DNA of 64,000 nucleotides. Origin: Euglena gracilis. Lineage: Eukaryota. The stretch is taken from contig CP154954.1 in the NCBI GenBank assembly GCA_039621445.1, positions 12,642,716-12,706,715 of the forward strand. Direction: 5' to 3'. The notes under the pieces are model-generated. The model was not told the DNA's origin and did not search any database. It worked only from the letters and a program-made list of their open reading frames with translations. The translations under genes were made by a program, and so were the position numbers. This document shows, one piece after another, positions 1-14,905 of this stretch; position 1 is the stretch's first letter; each line of letters opens with the position of its first letter.

Positions 1-1603
1 CATAATTCGGCAAAGTTAAACCCTCCCCCAAGTAACACCTCCCCCGCAGTATTATTTTTTTCGCACGCAGTACCACCCAAAGGGGGGTATTATCTAAAAA
101 AAATATACATGATGGTATTCGAGCGCAAGTTTTCTACTGCAGTGAAGCGACGCCTGCCGCCAATCCACCTATGCCTGCCCCCTCTGCCTTCGTTTCCCAT
201 GCTGCGCAATTTCCAGCCGCGAACAGTCGTTTTGTTCATGACCCCTATTCTTTCGATTGTCCTTGGGTTGACGCATGTGTTCTACCTTTGGTCAAACTTT
301 TGCCAAATTCCTGTCACTGAAATGTTTGTATGCCCCTTTCATCAAACCATCATTTAAAAAATGTAGCATTTTAAAACGAAGTCTGTTGTACTGTCGATTT
401 TTTTGATAGATGCTGCACTTCTAGATTCTTGGTCCAATCGCTAGCCTTAATAATGATGAATTTTGAGAAGTCAGAAAGTTTCTATAAACTTCGTTTTAAT
501 TTTCCTTTTCAGATTTGTTCTCTTTGCATTATCAGGACATATCCCGGTCGAGCCTCATTTCTGCACGACAGTTGTGTCCTTGTGACACCTGGTGTGATTT
601 TTATAGGGACATCTGTTTGCCATATCCCCCCCTTCGAATCAAATACTCTACACCCTGGGACCAAGCCTACGGACCCCACTCTGTATTCTAACTTTTTGTG
701 CCTTCAGCATTCACTGCCTGGGGTGTACACAGTTTTATCGTGAGGTGTTCTTTGTCCTTGTTTTTGGACACATCGTGATGGACAAGAGGGGTTGTTCTTT
801 TCTTTCGATTTTACGAATCCGCAAAGGATAAAGGCTTGGGTCCCAAATAATTTGGAATGTTCATCTTTGGTCGCTTTTGGAGCCCCCGTGGGCCTGGTAC
901 CCCTGCTCCCCGAAGCCTACCTATATGGAAAAGACTGGGCGTAGTTGGGTGTGACTGGGCGTGAATGGACGTGACTGGCATGACTCGCTCTGTTTTGACA
1001 CCCTTGGAACTTTTTGGCCATTTTCCAGGAACCTCCTCTAACCTCCTCAGCATGGTTCCATTTTTATAGTATACTACAAAAATCATGTAGTGTACTAATT
1101 ATTGTAGTGTGATAGTCATGTAGTGTAATGTAGTGTACTTTTTGTAGTGCACTACATTTTTGTAGTTAAATTTTGTATTGTTTTTCCATTTTTCTTTACA
1201 ACAACATGAAAATTTTCTATCGGCTCCATGTGTTTTGATGGAATGAATTAAAGTCATTTTAGTCTGGGCGTCTGAAAATCGGCTTTTGGGGTCCCTCATA
1301 TTTGTAATTGCTTATAGCGTAGGGTTTCATTTTTTTGGGGAGTTTAAGCCCGTAAAAGGAGAAAAATGGTCGTTAAGCTGCACTCCGTGTCCCATGACTC
1401 TGCTGTGGGGTGGTGATTTCAGCCCCCTTGTAACTGCAATCTCATCAAAAATTCAGCATTGCAATTCTTCCATCCGTTGTATGCACCGCTTTCCCCCTGT
1501 GGAACACCGGGCTGCGATCATGCCATCGCTTGGACAGTTCCAACAACCTTTTGTCTGGATATTTTGCGGCTTAGACAACGGCCTCAGTTTCAGATTGTCA
1601 GAA

Positions 1604-2076
1604 TACGTGAGTATTCACCTCAAAACCGAGTTTTCTGACGGGAGAAGGGTTCTAGCAGCCATTTAACCCCCCCCCCCAAACAAGGACCTGCTGCTATTTT
1701 TGAGTCCCTGACTGGAAACCTCCAGGGGGCTCTTATTTTTGATTATTTTATTTTTGGTTTCTTTCTTTAACTAACCCTGGAACACAAAAAAAAACTCATT
1801 GTTTATCAAATTCTCAAAAACAGTGAAAAATTTCTTTCGGAGCCATATGTAAACACGCATTTACCATGTTTTTTTAGCATTTCAAAATTCCGAATTTGTT
1901 TGGAATTTCATCATTTTTGTCTAAAATCGGTTGTTTTGGTAGGAAGTGTTTTACCGTCCCCGGCACATTTCGCGGTCAGGGGTGTCTTATTTTTGGAATT
2001 TTGCTCGATCGGCCCAGGGGGGTCTTATAAGGGGACTCTTATTTTGTGGGGTCTCACTTTGGGAGGGTTTACAGTG
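1604..2076. mobile_element. Tc1/pogo-like non-autonomous element, copy 1 (degenerate)
   Basis: Subterminal 'ggggtcttattt' repeats and a right end 'gggtttacagtg'; homologous to 5691-6172. The superfamily assignment is from motif resemblance only. Confidence 0.45.
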
Positions 2077-4571
2077 TTGACGACGCTCGCTAGAAGGATG
2101 TGACCAATGTACACCGTAAGTGTTGCCAATCCCCAATACCTGCAGACCCCCTGAGATCCCTCAAATTGGCCGTTGCTCAACCGCCTTCACATATACACCG
2201 AGAATTCACAGATGGGTCAGAAATGGTATGGATCCTCCTCCCTCGCTACTCGCCCCTTCCTGGCTTCACTGATCTACTGTGCGTTTCAGCCTGTCCCGCT
2301 CTGCCCTCGTTGCCCGTGCTGTGCAAATACCAGCCGCGAGCGGTCGTTTTGTTCATGACCCCTATTTCTTTCGATTGTCCTTGGGTTTGTTATACCTTTG
2401 GTCAACGTTTGCTGTCACTCAAAAATGTTTTTGGAGTGAGTTGCTTCAACCTTTCAAAAATGTTACAAAGCAAATGCTTGTAAATTTTCCATTTTATGAC
2501 GAGCAGCACCCCAAGCAGCCCTCCCCCCAAGAAGTAGCTGTGCAGCACAATCCAGCAGACTGTTCCCCAAATATCAGACCTAAGATCAGTCCATGGCCAA
2601 AAATGAATGTTCAAGTTATGGAATGCTGTCAGATTCCTCTCAATAACCAATTTATTTGTCATATCCCTTCTTCGAATCAATAATCTCAGCCCTGACCCCA
2701 CTCTGCCTAATGACTGTGTGCTCACGCCCCACTCTCACTCAGTCTCAGATTTTGCATTCTGATTGTGTGTCTTTCCAGCATTCACTGCCTGGGGTGTAAG
2801 ATGTTTTGTTCTGAGGTGCTCCCTTTTTTAAGGCATATTCACTCAACATCAGGTCGGTTTTTCTTTTGGTTTTCAGAATCCAATAATTTCCTTCCACATA
2901 TTTGGAGGAAAGCAAATATCCTGGTATACTCGTATTCATTATTTTTTTAAAGATATCAACTGCTCAAATTTGCTTGTTTATTTTACAACAATGCTATTTC
3001 TTCTGAAAATTGCATTGGCTGTTTGGATTTCGATGATATCAAATTGTGATTTTTTATTTGTATTTAATATATTTATATGTATTGTACATATTCATATATA
3101 ATATGTGTGTGTGGGTTGCTGGCTCTTGGGGTTGCTCACATTTATGGTTGTTAAAAAAAACGTGAAAAAAGCGGGGGAAAAGCGTAGGGCTGATTCCATT
3201 TTGCTGTTTGTCCATTTTTGGGTGGTTTGAGTGGGGAAAAAAACCCAACTGCACTCCATGCCCCAAGGCTCCGCTGCGGGGTGCTTACGGCTCCCTCACA
3301 TCGCAACTACATCAAAATTTGCATCGTTGCAACTGTCCCATCCCATATGCACTGCTTGCCGCCCCGCAGAACACTGGGCCGTGATCATACCATCGCTTGG
3401 ACAGTCCCAACAATCTCTTGCCCGATATGTTGAAGCTTGAAGGATGGCGTCAGTATCAGATCAATTGTCAATATCCGTCATTTGTTGGAGAGGGGGAAAA
3501 AACACACTTTCAAATTGAGCCTTCTCACAGGAAACAGCTAGTTGCAGAAATTTATGGCATCGGCGGCACTTACATACAAAGTCTTGAATCTCTCCCTCTA
3601 AATCTTTTCAATCCCCAAAACCTGCACATCCCCGCACATCCCGCAAACCTGCCGGCCCTCGCCCTTTCTCATTATGGACAAGGGGCTGGAAGAAGCTGCC
3701 CAAACGGAATGTTAAGAATGGTTGTTAATGATTTTCCGGTGTTTCTTTGCCTTTCGTTGTGTACGCCTTTTCTTGTCTTGGTTGTTCTGAAAACGAGGGC
3801 ACCCTAAGCAGTTTTTTTTTGTAGTTGGGTTCTTTGGCATTGAAGAAAAAAACTGCCAGAAGAAGCCCCTTAGGCGGACATAGTGTTATTTCTGGGAGTG
3901 TGGGAATTCCCCTCAAGATTGCCCTGCTGGTTTGGGAGGTGCCCCCCAGCGTGTTGGGGTGTGAATCCAGTGCCATATTTTCCGGTATGCTTTGCCTCAA
4001 ACAGCCACCTGTGTGGGGTGGGTGGCAAATTATTGAATGCCATTGCCATAACTGCACCTAAAAGAATACGTATGGTAATTAATGGCATGTTTTCTTCGGC
4101 GGTGAAGTGACGCCTGCAGCCAACCCGCCTCAGCCCGCCTCCTCGGCCCTCGTTGCCCGTGCAGTGCAACCAAACCAGCTGCAGGCGGTCTTTTTGTTCG
4201 TGACCACTATTATTTCGATTGTCTCTGGGTTGACGCCTGTGATATACTTTCGGTCAAACGTTTGCCGAATTCCTGTCACTCAAAATTTTATTATGGCCCT
4301 TTCACGAAAGCTTCATCTTAAAATGTTGTATTTGGTCCGATCACAAGCCTTTATTTTAAGAAGTCAGAAAGTTTTCGTAGAATTTATTTTTAATTTCCCT
4401 TTCAGATTTGTTCTCTTTGCATTATCAGGATATATCATGAGCAGCGCAGTGATCTTGGTTGGGCCACATTTCTGGACGAAAGTTGTGTGTTTGTAACACC
4501 CGGGGTAATTTTTAAAATGTGTTTGCCATATCTCTCCTTCATATCAAATTCTCTACACCCTGGGACCAAAC

Positions 4572-4832
4572 CAGGCTTCTTTTTAAGTCACCTGACCCGC
4601 CCCCCCGGGGGGAGGGGGGTGGGTGGGGGGGGTCCGGGCCGGACCCCCCGGGGGGGGGGTCCCGCGCCAGAGGCGCTGGGTATACCTTTTCGGCGCGAAG
4701 CGCCGAAATTTTTTGAAAATTGCCTTTAACGGGCCCGATTTTGGGGGGGGGTCCCCTCCCTGGGGGGGGTCCCGCGCCACCCTGGGTGGGTGGCCCCCCC
4801 CCTCCCCCCCGGGGGTCTTAAAAAGAAGCCTG
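4572..4832. mobile_element. hAT-like MITE (261 bp)
   Basis: Perfect 16-bp TIR CAGGCTTCTTTTTAAG. 8-bp TSD GACCAAAC at 4564-4571 and 4833-4840. The empty site is visible in paralogous modules ('ctgggaccaagcctacgg' at about 655 and 7557). Confidence 0.95.
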
Positions 4833-5690
4833 GACCAAACCTATGGACCCCACTCTATATTCTAACGTTTTCTGCCTTCAGCATTCACTGCCTGGAGTGT
4901 ACACAATTTTATTGGCAGTTGCTCTTTGTCTTTGTTTCTGGACACAGGTTCATAGACAAAGGGGTTTCAATGTTACAAATCCGAAAAGAATAAAAACCTG
5001 GGTCCCAGAGAATTAGGAATCTTCATTTTTGGTCACTTTTGGATCCCCCGTGGGCCTGGTTACCTGAGGAGCCTCCCTGAAGCCCAGCACCCATTAAATG
5101 ACTGGGCGTGCTTGGGCGTGACTGGGCGTGACTGGCTCTTCCTTGGCGCTTTGGAAACTTTTGGGCCATTTTTTTTTCGGAACCTCTAGAACCTTCTCAC
5201 CCGTAGAATGGTAAAATTGCATTCAGTTCTTACATTTTTTTTAACAACGTTATTTGTACTGAAATGTTTATGTCGGCTGTATGTGTTTTGATGGAATGCT
5301 TAAAATTGTTTGTAATTTTTACAAAATTACAAAATTTTTGTCAGATTTTGGTCAAATTTTACAAAGGACAAAGTACAAAGAACAAAGTACAAATTACAAA
5401 GTATCAGTGTCTGGGTGTCTGATGTCGGCCCTTGGGGTTGCTCCCATTTGTGATTGCTTATAATGCAGGGTTGCTTCCATTTTTTGGGAGTTGATCTGCA
5501 CTCCATGACCCATGACTCTGCTGTTTGATTCCAGCCCCCTTGTAACTGCAATCTCATCAATTCAGCATTGCAACATTTCCATCCATTATATGCCCCTGTG
5601 AAACACCAGGCTGTGATCATGCCATCGCTTGGACGATCCCAACAACTTTTTGTCTGGTTTCAGATTGTTATCAGAAATTGTCCTTTTTCT

Positions 5691-6172
5691 CACCGTGAAT
5701 AGCCACCTCAAAACCGAGTTTTCTGAAGGGAGGGGTTCTGGCAGCCATTTAACCCCCCCCCCCCCCAAAGCAAGACCCGGGTCTTTTTGGGGGGGGTCCG
5801 TTGCTGGAAACCTCCAGGGGGTTCTTATTTTGGGGGTTCTTATTTTTTCTTGACCGACCCAGGCCCCAAAAAGACGGTTCCCAATAACAGCAGGTATTCC
5901 TTCGGCACTTTGCGCCATGTGTAAAGACATACATGTTGCCATCACCTCAAAAATCCGATATTTTTGAAATTTCATCATTTTATGTCTGAAATCGGGGGTT
6001 TTGGTAATTTTTCAGGAAATGTTCAAACGTCTCCAGCGCTTTGTGCCATCAGGGGGGTCTTTATCATTGGATTGGGGTGGGTCTTATTTTTGGATTTTGC
6101 TCGATCTGCCTGGATGGGTCAAATTTTTGGGGTCTTATTTTTGGGGGTGTCTCATTTTTGGGGGTTACAGTG
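5691..6172. mobile_element. Tc1/pogo-like non-autonomous element, copy 2
   Basis: Ends CACCGTGAA.../...TTACAGTG with multiple 'ggggtcttattttt' subterminal motifs; paralog of 1604-2076. Confidence 0.5.
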
Positions 6173-8099
6173 TTAACGACTCGCTAAGAAGGATGAGACC
6201 AATGTACACCATAAGTGTTGCCAATCCCCAATACCTGCAGACCCCCTGAGATCCCTCAAATTGGCCGTTGCTCGACCGCCTTCACATATACACCGAGAAT
6301 TCACAGATGGGTCAGAAATGGTATGGATCCTCCTCCCTCGCTACTCGCCCCTTCCTGGCTTCACTGCTTTGCCCTGCCTTAGTGTGATCTACCGTGGGGA
6401 ATCACAGCGCCAATTCAACTGACAGCTGATTTGCCTGAATGGCAGTAATCATACCCCAATTTCTTTTTTTCGATTTTCCCTGATTTTTTTCGAATTTTTT
6501 TCCCAAAAATGGCCTAAAACGGCTAAGTCAAAACTGGACAAAACTGTACAAAATGGCCCATATTGGCTGAAAAATTGCAGTAACTCGGGTTAGGCGGGGA
6601 GTTGCGGGGAAATCAAAATACCCTTGGATAGGGCATTTTAAAGTGGTCTCCGGACATTTCCTTTGCTTTTGCTTCATTTTCGAGATATTTTGGAAAAATG
6701 TATTTTTGACCGAAAAAAAACGGGGCCCTAAAAACACCCCAAAATTGCCGTTTTGGGCCGCAAAATCACGCTGGAACACGGGCCAGGCGTGTCGGCGAAC
6801 GAGGGGCGATAGAGGGCCTCCAGGGGGGTGCATTTCGTCTGCGGGACACTTTTGGAAATATTGTATGTTTTCTCGATATATTTGCGGAAAAAGTATTTTT
6901 GACCGATTTTTGGACCTCGGCGAAATGGCAGAGTCAGAAGAGGGGGCCAATCCTTCAACCCATCAATCCGAAGGGGTTTGGACCCCTTTGGGTTGAGGGT
7001 CAAATGGAGGTGATTCAGAAAGTAGAAATCCAGTCGCTTGCGATCCCATGGGCTGGCAGAAGCTTTGGAGCTGGGGGTTGGGTATGACCTCATAAAATTC
7101 TCAAGTGAAATGACGCCTGCAGCCAACCAACCTCTGCCCGTCCCCTGTGCCCTCGTTGCCCTTGCTGCGCAATTTCCAGCCGCAACCGGCCGTTTTGTTC
7201 ATGACCTCTATTCTTTCGATCGTCTTGGGTTGACGCCTTTGTTACGACTTTGGTCAATCGCAAGTTTGTATAGTCCTTTGATGTCAAACCTTCATGTAAA
7301 AAATGTAGTATCTATATAGTATATGTAGGTAGAGATATAGATATATATTTTTATATATGTATATATATATAGTACATGCAGTATATATATTTGTACAATC
7401 AAATCCCTTTGTACAATCCCTTTCAGATATGTTCTTTTTGCATTATCAGGACACATCAAGAGTATTGGAGTTATCTCTGTTGGCCCCATTTCTGCACGAC
7501 AGTTGTGCGTTTGTGACACCTGGGGTGATTTTTTAAAGGGAAATATACTCTACACCCTGGGACCAAGCCTACGGACCCCACTCTGTATTCTAACTGTGTG
7601 TGTCTTCAGCATTCTTGGGTGCACGCAATTTCATTGTCAGGTGTTCTTTGTTTTTGTTTCTGGACACAGCGTGATGGACAAGGGGGTTTGTTCTTTTCTT
7701 TCGCATTTACGAATCCAAAAAGAACAAAAACCTGGGTCCCAGAGAATTAGGAACTTCATTTTTGGTCATTTTTGGAGCCCCCGTGGGCCTGGTTATGTGA
7801 GGAGCCTCCCTGAAGCCCAGCGCCCATTAAAAAACGCCCATTAAATGACCGGGCGTGCTTGGGCGTGACTGGGCGTGACTGGGCGTGACTGGGCTATTCC
7901 TTGGCGCTTTTGGCAACTTTTGGCCATTTTCCCAGAACCTCCTCTAGGTAACCTCCTCAGCGGGGTTCCACTTTTGCGCTACACCGGGAGACTTGGTAAA
8001 TTGCCTTGCCCCGGACCAGCAACCCGGCTAGGCCCTTCTTTGAGCCCGCCCGGCTCCCGGCCGAGCCCGCCACCGAGGGCGGCCCTCGGGGCCGCCCCG

Positions 8100-8400
8100 A
8101 TGAACTGCAAGGCAACGGGCCGCGCTTCCGCCGGAAATCGGCCCCATCGTTGTTTTGCTTTTCACTTTGAACGTTGCATGGCATTTCTGGCTAGTTGTGT
8201 GTTCACCTGTGCATTTGAATTTTTTTTGTTCCAGGTTTTTTATATATTATCGATGGGTTCCTGCTTTTTTCTGAACGCCATGCCGCTCATTCTCAAATAC
8301 CAGAACAAGTTGGATTGCTCGAGGCCTGTTGCCATTCGCCCATTTGATGCTGCCCAGCTCGGAACCTGTGCTCTTTCCAAGGGACCCAATCTTTGGTGTA
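8100..8400 (+). CDS. Possible 5' exons of an unidentified host gene
   Basis: A unique GC-rich patch (7960-8140) with ATG AAC TGC AAG, a possible GC donor, then a polypyrimidine-CAG acceptor at about 8234 and an open frame (VFYILSMGSCFFLNAMPLILKYQNK...). No recognisable domain. Confidence 0.2.
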
Positions 8401-9038
8401 AGTAAACGTTAAAGCAGGGGGGTGTGGAGGTGGGGTGGGTGGTCATTGTGTGCCATTACTGCACCTAAAAAACATCACACGATGGTAATTGATGGCATGT
8501 TTTCTTCGGCGGTGAAGCGACACCTGCAGCCAACCAACCTCTGCCCGTCCCCTGTGCCCTCGTTGCCCTTGCTGCGCAATTTCCAGCCGCAACCGGCCGT
8601 TTTGTTCATGACCTCTATTCTTTCGATCGTCTTGGGTTGACGCCTTTGTTACGACTTTGGTCAACCTTAAGTTTGTATGGCCCAACAAACCTTCATTTAA
8701 AAAATGTGGCATTTTGATATATGCTACAATTCTAGAATATTAGTCCAATCGCCGAATTCCTGTCACTCAAAAATTAGTGGAATGAGTTGCTTTACCTTTT
8801 CAAAAATGTTCATGTTACAAGGCAAACGTAGCCTTTCCAAATTGAGTTTGTCGTACGTTTTTAATTTTATGCCAATCAGAACACAAAGTAGCACCCCTCC
8901 CCCCCCCCGCTTTTCTCCGCAGTAGCAGCTGTGCAGCACAATCCAGCAGACTGTTTCCCAGCGGACTTTAGATCAGTGCTATGTGCAAAAATGAGTGTGT
9001 TCCTGTTGTGGAATTGTCAGAATACATATACATAAAAA

Positions 9039-9202
9039 TATGGCCATGGCCATTGTGCGCAACATGTGTGTGCGCACCTAACCCTACTCCTTCAAATAAG
9101 GGAGGAAAAAGCGCGTTGCAAAAAGTGTACCCAAGTGCCAAACCGCTACCACCCCCCCTCACCAGTGAGGGGGGGTGGTAGCGGTTTGGCACTTATGCCA
9201 TA
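9039..9202. mobile_element. Small element with TATGGC/GCCATA ends and terminal hairpin (Helentron/DINE-like or microsatellite-associated MITE)
   Basis: Perfect 30-bp inverted arms 9133-9162/9165-9194. The internal 'gcgcacctaaccct' is shared with 42614-42870. Confidence 0.55.
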
Positions 9203-9538
<336 letters not shown>

Positions 9539-10691
9539 TATGGCATAAGTGCCAAACCGCTATACACACACACACATGCGTGTAACCAATTTTACGCAAG
9601 TTTCAGTAACATGCCAGTTTTATTTTATTTCATTCTGTTGGCCTGCTTTGCTCTGAAAGCAATTTCCCAACTGCACATCAGAAACATTGCAGCGGTGTCA
9701 AGACCACATTTCAGGACGATGGTCATAAATTTGTGGAGTATTTATTTTGGTTTTATTAATATGTTTGTCATGTCCCTTCTTCGAATCAATAATCTCAACC
9801 CTGGGACCCCAGTCTGTCTAATGACTGTGTGCTGAGACCCACTCTCATCTCCGCATTCTGACTGTGTGATTTTCCAGCATGCCTGGGGTGTAAGATGTTT
9901 TGTTATGAGGTGTTCTCTGTTTAAGGCTTCACTCAACAAAGGCTGATAAACAGGGGGGTCGTTTTTCCTTTCAATTTTCAGAATCCATTAAATTCCTTCC
10001 ACGATGTGAAGGGGTGCAAGCATCCCAACCAGAAGGGTTGGTACTCTTATCCACTATTTTTTTTTCAAAAATGAAAACTGGTGAAATTTTTTTTACAACC
10101 ATGCTGTTTCTTCTGAAAATTTCTATCGTCTTTATGGATTTTGATGGAATCATTTAATGTTAATTTTACAATTTTGTTTTATATTTATAGATGTAGCATA
10201 CGTATTGTGTCTGGGGTGGCTGTTGGGGTTGCTCGCTTACAGCGTAGGGTTGCTTCCACTTTGGGGGGTTTGAGTGGGGGAAAAATATCCTAAACTGCAC
10301 TCCATGCCCCATGGCTCCGCCGCGGGGTGCTTTCAGCCCCCTTGTGACCGCAATCACATCAAAATTTTCGTCGTCGCAACTGTCCCGTCCGATATGCACT
10401 GCTTGCCGCCCCACAGAACACTGGGCTGTGATCATACCATCGCTTGGACAGTCCCAACAATCTCTGTCCGATATTTTGGAGCTTTGAAGCTGGCGTCAGA
10501 TCAATTGTTCACATCCGTCATTTTTTTATGAGAAGAAAAAAGCTTTCAAACCGTCGCCATTCTCATGGGAAACAACTAGTTGCAGCAATTTACAGCATTG
10601 ACGGCATTTATATCCAAAGATGTGAACACCTACCTTAAAAGATTTTCAATCCACAAAACCTGCAGACCCCCCTCAGATGCCGCAACCTGAC

Positions 10692-11059
10692 CAGGCTTCT
10701 GCTTAAGGGATTGCAGTACCCCCCCCCCTGGGGGGCTGGACTGCAGCTAGTCCAAATTTGGCTAGTGGGATTTCTAGCAGACCCCCCGTGGGGGGGGGTC
10801 TGCCAGCAGGGCTAGTAGTGGAAATTTTTTTGGACTCCCAAAATGGCAAAAAATGCCCGTTTTGGGCCATTTTTGGGAATTTTTGGAACAAAATCAGCCC
10901 AAAACCTATTAAAAACCTCATTTCCAGCTCGGCGCGCAGCGCCGGAGGAATTTTTTTTTTTACAGTTGGGGGGACCCCCGGATCTAGCTAGTCCATTTTT
11001 TTCAGTGTCTAGCCGATTGGCTGGCCAGTACCCCCCCAGGGTCCTTAAGCAAAAGCCTG
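10692..11059. mobile_element. hAT-like MITE (368 bp)
   Basis: TIR CAGGCTTCTGCTTAAGG / CCTTAAGCAAAAGCCTG. 8-bp TSD AACCTGAC at 10684-10691 and 11060-11067. Confidence 0.95.
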
Positions 11060-11819
11060 AACCTGACTCTGAGCCCCTCACTTTTTTTTGTTTTTTTTTG
11101 TATTGTCAACAATTTATTTTTCATTTAGACTGAGAATTCACAGATGGGGTCAGAAATGGTATCGATTCGTCCCTTGCCCTTCGCCATTTCTTGGCCACTG
11201 CTTTGCCCTGCTTTAGTGTATTCTACTGCGGGGAATCACAGCACATCAATTTAACAGACAGCTGACTTCTCTGAATGTTTTCATTGGCTCAACTGGTCCA
11301 TTGTGCGTCACCACAACTGAACAGTTCGTCTGATTGACCCCGCAGATGTCCCTGCCTTAAAAAGGACAAATTCAATTCGTTGTGTGAAAGATTGTCTCAA
11401 ATAAATTTCGCCTGCCATTTTCAGGATCTGAGGAATACATCTCCCCCTGAGAACACCAAAGGAGGGGATTTTTGTATTTGTTACGACCTTCACTGACGAG
11501 TTTTTGGCTTTGCTGCGCTGGGCAATGAAAACAGTTTCATGTGGAAAATACCCAAGCATCACAAAGTGGGCACCATGCTTAAAATGAGCGTGAAAAGGCA
11601 AAGGGTGAAGGAAATTTTTTTATGCATTTCCCATCACGCCGGAAGAAAATTTTTCGCAGTTTTTTTTTTTAATTTTCGCCCCAAAACCTCACAATAATTT
11701 CCGAGCTGTAACCTCCCAAATACCCCACCCCCTGGCCCAGGACTTCTGGCGAATTTATTTACAAGGCAGATGATTGTTTAATTCATAATGATTGTTTTTG
11801 CCAACAGTGCTGCTTTCAG

Positions 11820-11950
11820 GGATGGAAGTCAGATGATCTGCATGTACCTTCAGGCACCAGATATTTTGTGTTATTCAGGACAACATTGCTCGGTGTCCCA
11901 GCAGCCTGCGTAATCAATGAGGATCTAAAATGTCCACCACAGGGGCAGTG
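11820..11950 (+). CDS. Possible internal exon of an unidentified gene
   Basis: Unique sequence, acceptor 'tgctttcag', one frame open across the whole segment (GWKSDDLHVPSGTRYFVLFRTTLLGVPAACVINEDLKCPPQGQW). Further AG acceptors at about 12146 and 12506. Exons could not be joined unambiguously. Confidence 0.2.
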
Positions 11951-13151
11951 GTTCGATTTTATTTCATATTTCCTCCTTCCACACTCGCAGGAAGAAAAAA
12001 AGCATTCAATACCCCACCACTTTTTTTTTCCCGTTTGCCAGTTTGCAACATATGCCAACCCATCAATTCAAATATGCATGTACAAATCATCCATGCCACA
12101 TTTTCTCTTGTATTCAACCCCTTCTTTTAACGTTTTGTTTCTGCAGAGCGTCATCTGGCTCAGGTCTTTCCATACGTGCGCCCTGTACAGAACACCTTCT
12201 GTTTCAGCCTTTGTTGTAACAGAGTGTGCCCTTCCCCGAAGGCGGCCACCGTTTCTGATTCCCGGGTCGGAAATCCCTTGACCTTGACATAGGTGGTCTA
12301 TGACACAAAAATGCTTTTTTTTTTATGGTACAGTCCACATGACACAGCGTGTCCATGACACCCCCGTGTCAACCGCATTTTCCCCATTCTTTGGAGTATC
12401 AAGGACAAGGGGGGGATTTGTTAGGTGACAGGTACAAAAGTCACGAAAATTCACGAATTGGGCTTTTTCTTTTGGACAACGATGTTGTCTTTTTCTCTTT
12501 TTGCAGCTGAAGCTTTGAAGGTTTGGACGGCTGTGTTTTCTTACTCCCAACTTTCTGCAGTTTCGTTCTTTGGGACACAGATTGTTGCACACCAGAATCA
12601 GAAGATGGCATGACCACAGAGAGCGAATATAACAAAACAAAACAGAACAAATATAAACAAGAAGTGCGGGGGAAGAAGACCATAAAAAAAGATGAAAGTT
12701 GTTGGACCTCAGCCAAAAAAAAATCAATTGAAGATGTGTATTCTTATGAGTTAGGTACCTGAGATTTCCACAAATTATGCCAGAGTGATCACGAATAATC
12801 ACGAACCAGCACAAATTTGGGAATATACAAAATCACAAATTACCGAGTAGTCATAAATAATCGCGCACAACCCCATACAACCCCCACAAATAATTATGCA
12901 TGTCAAGGGGGTGATAATTGCTCTCCACGCATTTTGTTCTCTGCCACCCTCTCTCGTTTAAAAAAGTGGCTAACAATGCAAAATAAGCATTTCACCAGCA
13001 CCTGCACCATCTTTCAGAAAATGATTTCTTTTTTTGCAAAATCCTGCAAAGTCATGCAGTTTTCACAAAGTCCTGGAAAATGCCGCAAAATACTGCAAAA
13101 TTGTTTTTATGAGAAATGTGCATTGATTTTTTGGTGCAAGGAAAGTGAAAA

Positions 13152-14448
13152 CAGGGGCAGGGAGATGTTCCGGTCCGTAATAAACCGGAATATACCGGAA
13201 TAGCGAAAACCGGAATAAACCCTCATAAACCGGAATAACTGGAAGAAAAGTGCCAGCCAATGGCATGAAAATTCTGAAAGACACAAAGGCAATGAAGGTG
13301 AAGTTTGGTGTATTTCTCACACATATGGCACAAAATGGGGCCCCCATACCCGGGGCACTGGGGGGGGCAAGGGGGGCGTATGGGGGGTATGTGGGGAAGG
13401 GTACGGTGATGTTGTTGATGAGGTTTATGGCGCCCGGGAACACAAACCGTTTCATATGTCGCGCAATTTGCCCACAAAAAAGCTGGGCAAAAAGGGTTGT
13501 TGGACCCCCCGCCCCCCCCCCCTCTGGGCAGACCGTGAAAACCGCGGATTATCACCATGACCTCGGCCCCGTTCCCATATTTTTTTTTTCAGTCGCAAGC
13601 GAGTGGATTTCTGGTTTCCGAATCACCTCCGTTTGACCCCCAACTCCCCGCCAGGCCCGAGTTATTCACGCGCGAAGGAATTTCAGAAATGTCGGTCTGA
13701 CGAAATGCACCCCCGGAGTCCTTCTATCACCCCCCCCGTTCGCCTTTTTGGCCGCCGACGTTGCGGTTTTTGGCACGAGCACGTGGCTTCTGCCAAACAC
13801 AAAGGCGTGAAAGCTTCTGTGAACCCAGTTTGATCGATCCAACGTCCAGACGGACACCGACGTTTTTGGCGTGTTTCACTTGCTTCACTTCTCATACTCC
13901 AGAAGTGAAGTGAATCATGAAGTTTCAAAATCACAAGAGCAACGAAGATCGCAATCGTAGCACAATTTACCCATCTGGTGTGACTTTTTTTTGTGCTGGT
14001 GCAGTGCGCAACGAGTGTGGTATTTCTGAGGTTTCGTTCAGTTTTTCGCACGATGGAACAAGCAGTTTTTGGGAAGAAGCCGGACGTTTTTTGAGATGAA
14101 AAAAGAAATCGGTGCCAGGGACCCGCCTCAAGAGAAACCCTGAGCACCTATTTTTTATCCACTTATTTTTCCCGAAAAGGCGGGGGTCTGTTGTGGTGCA
14201 TAGACCAGCATCACCAAGTGCAAAGTGACCACTTGGTGGGACTAGGCAACCAAGGAATGCATCTCTATTCCTGAAGCCCGGGTGAGCGCCTCGGCCCAGT
14301 TGTACTTCAAAAATCCTAAGTCAATTCAGACAGAAATTGACCGGAATAAACCGGAATAAATTCCGGATTAAACCGGAATAACCCGGAATAAACCGGAATA
14401 AAAACCCGGAATAAAAATTTCGGCCGACCGGAATATCTCCTGCCCCTG
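13152..14448. mobile_element. Non-autonomous TIR element with 7-bp TSD (1297 bp)
   Basis: TIR CAGGGGCAGG(G)AGAT(G/A)TTCCGGTC. TSD GTGAAAA at 13145-13151 and 14449-14455. Subterminal AAACCGGAAT repeats at both ends. Confidence 0.9.
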
Positions 14449-14639
14449 GTGAAAAAATGGATGTGTCTTTGCACACAAATAATCAAGTATATTCACAAAT
14501 GACCACAAATCAGAATAAAAGGGTTGACAAGGCAAGAGAGAGAGTGGATAGAGAGAGAGAGAGACGAAATCTTCGTTGCCACCTAATGATCTGATCTTGT
14601 TTAATGGGAATACGGAGCATCTCCCTGTGCATGTGGAAA

Positions 14640-14645
14640 GAGAGA

Positions 14646-14718
<73 letters not shown>

Positions 14719-14856
14719 GCCGGGGTGAGAGCCCCCCCAGCCCGCACTCACCCCCCCACCCCCCGCCCCAACCGAGGCGCGGGGCCCGGCCCCGTCCCGC
14801 CTCCCCCCCGCACAGCCCACAAAACAGATCCAACCACTACTCCCACCGCTGTGTGC

Positions 14857-14900
<44 letters not shown>
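14640..14900. repeat. Two (GA)n microsatellites with GC-rich spacer
   Basis: (GA)n at 14640-14715 and 14860-14900. Confidence 0.95.
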
Positions 14901-14905
<5 letters not shown>
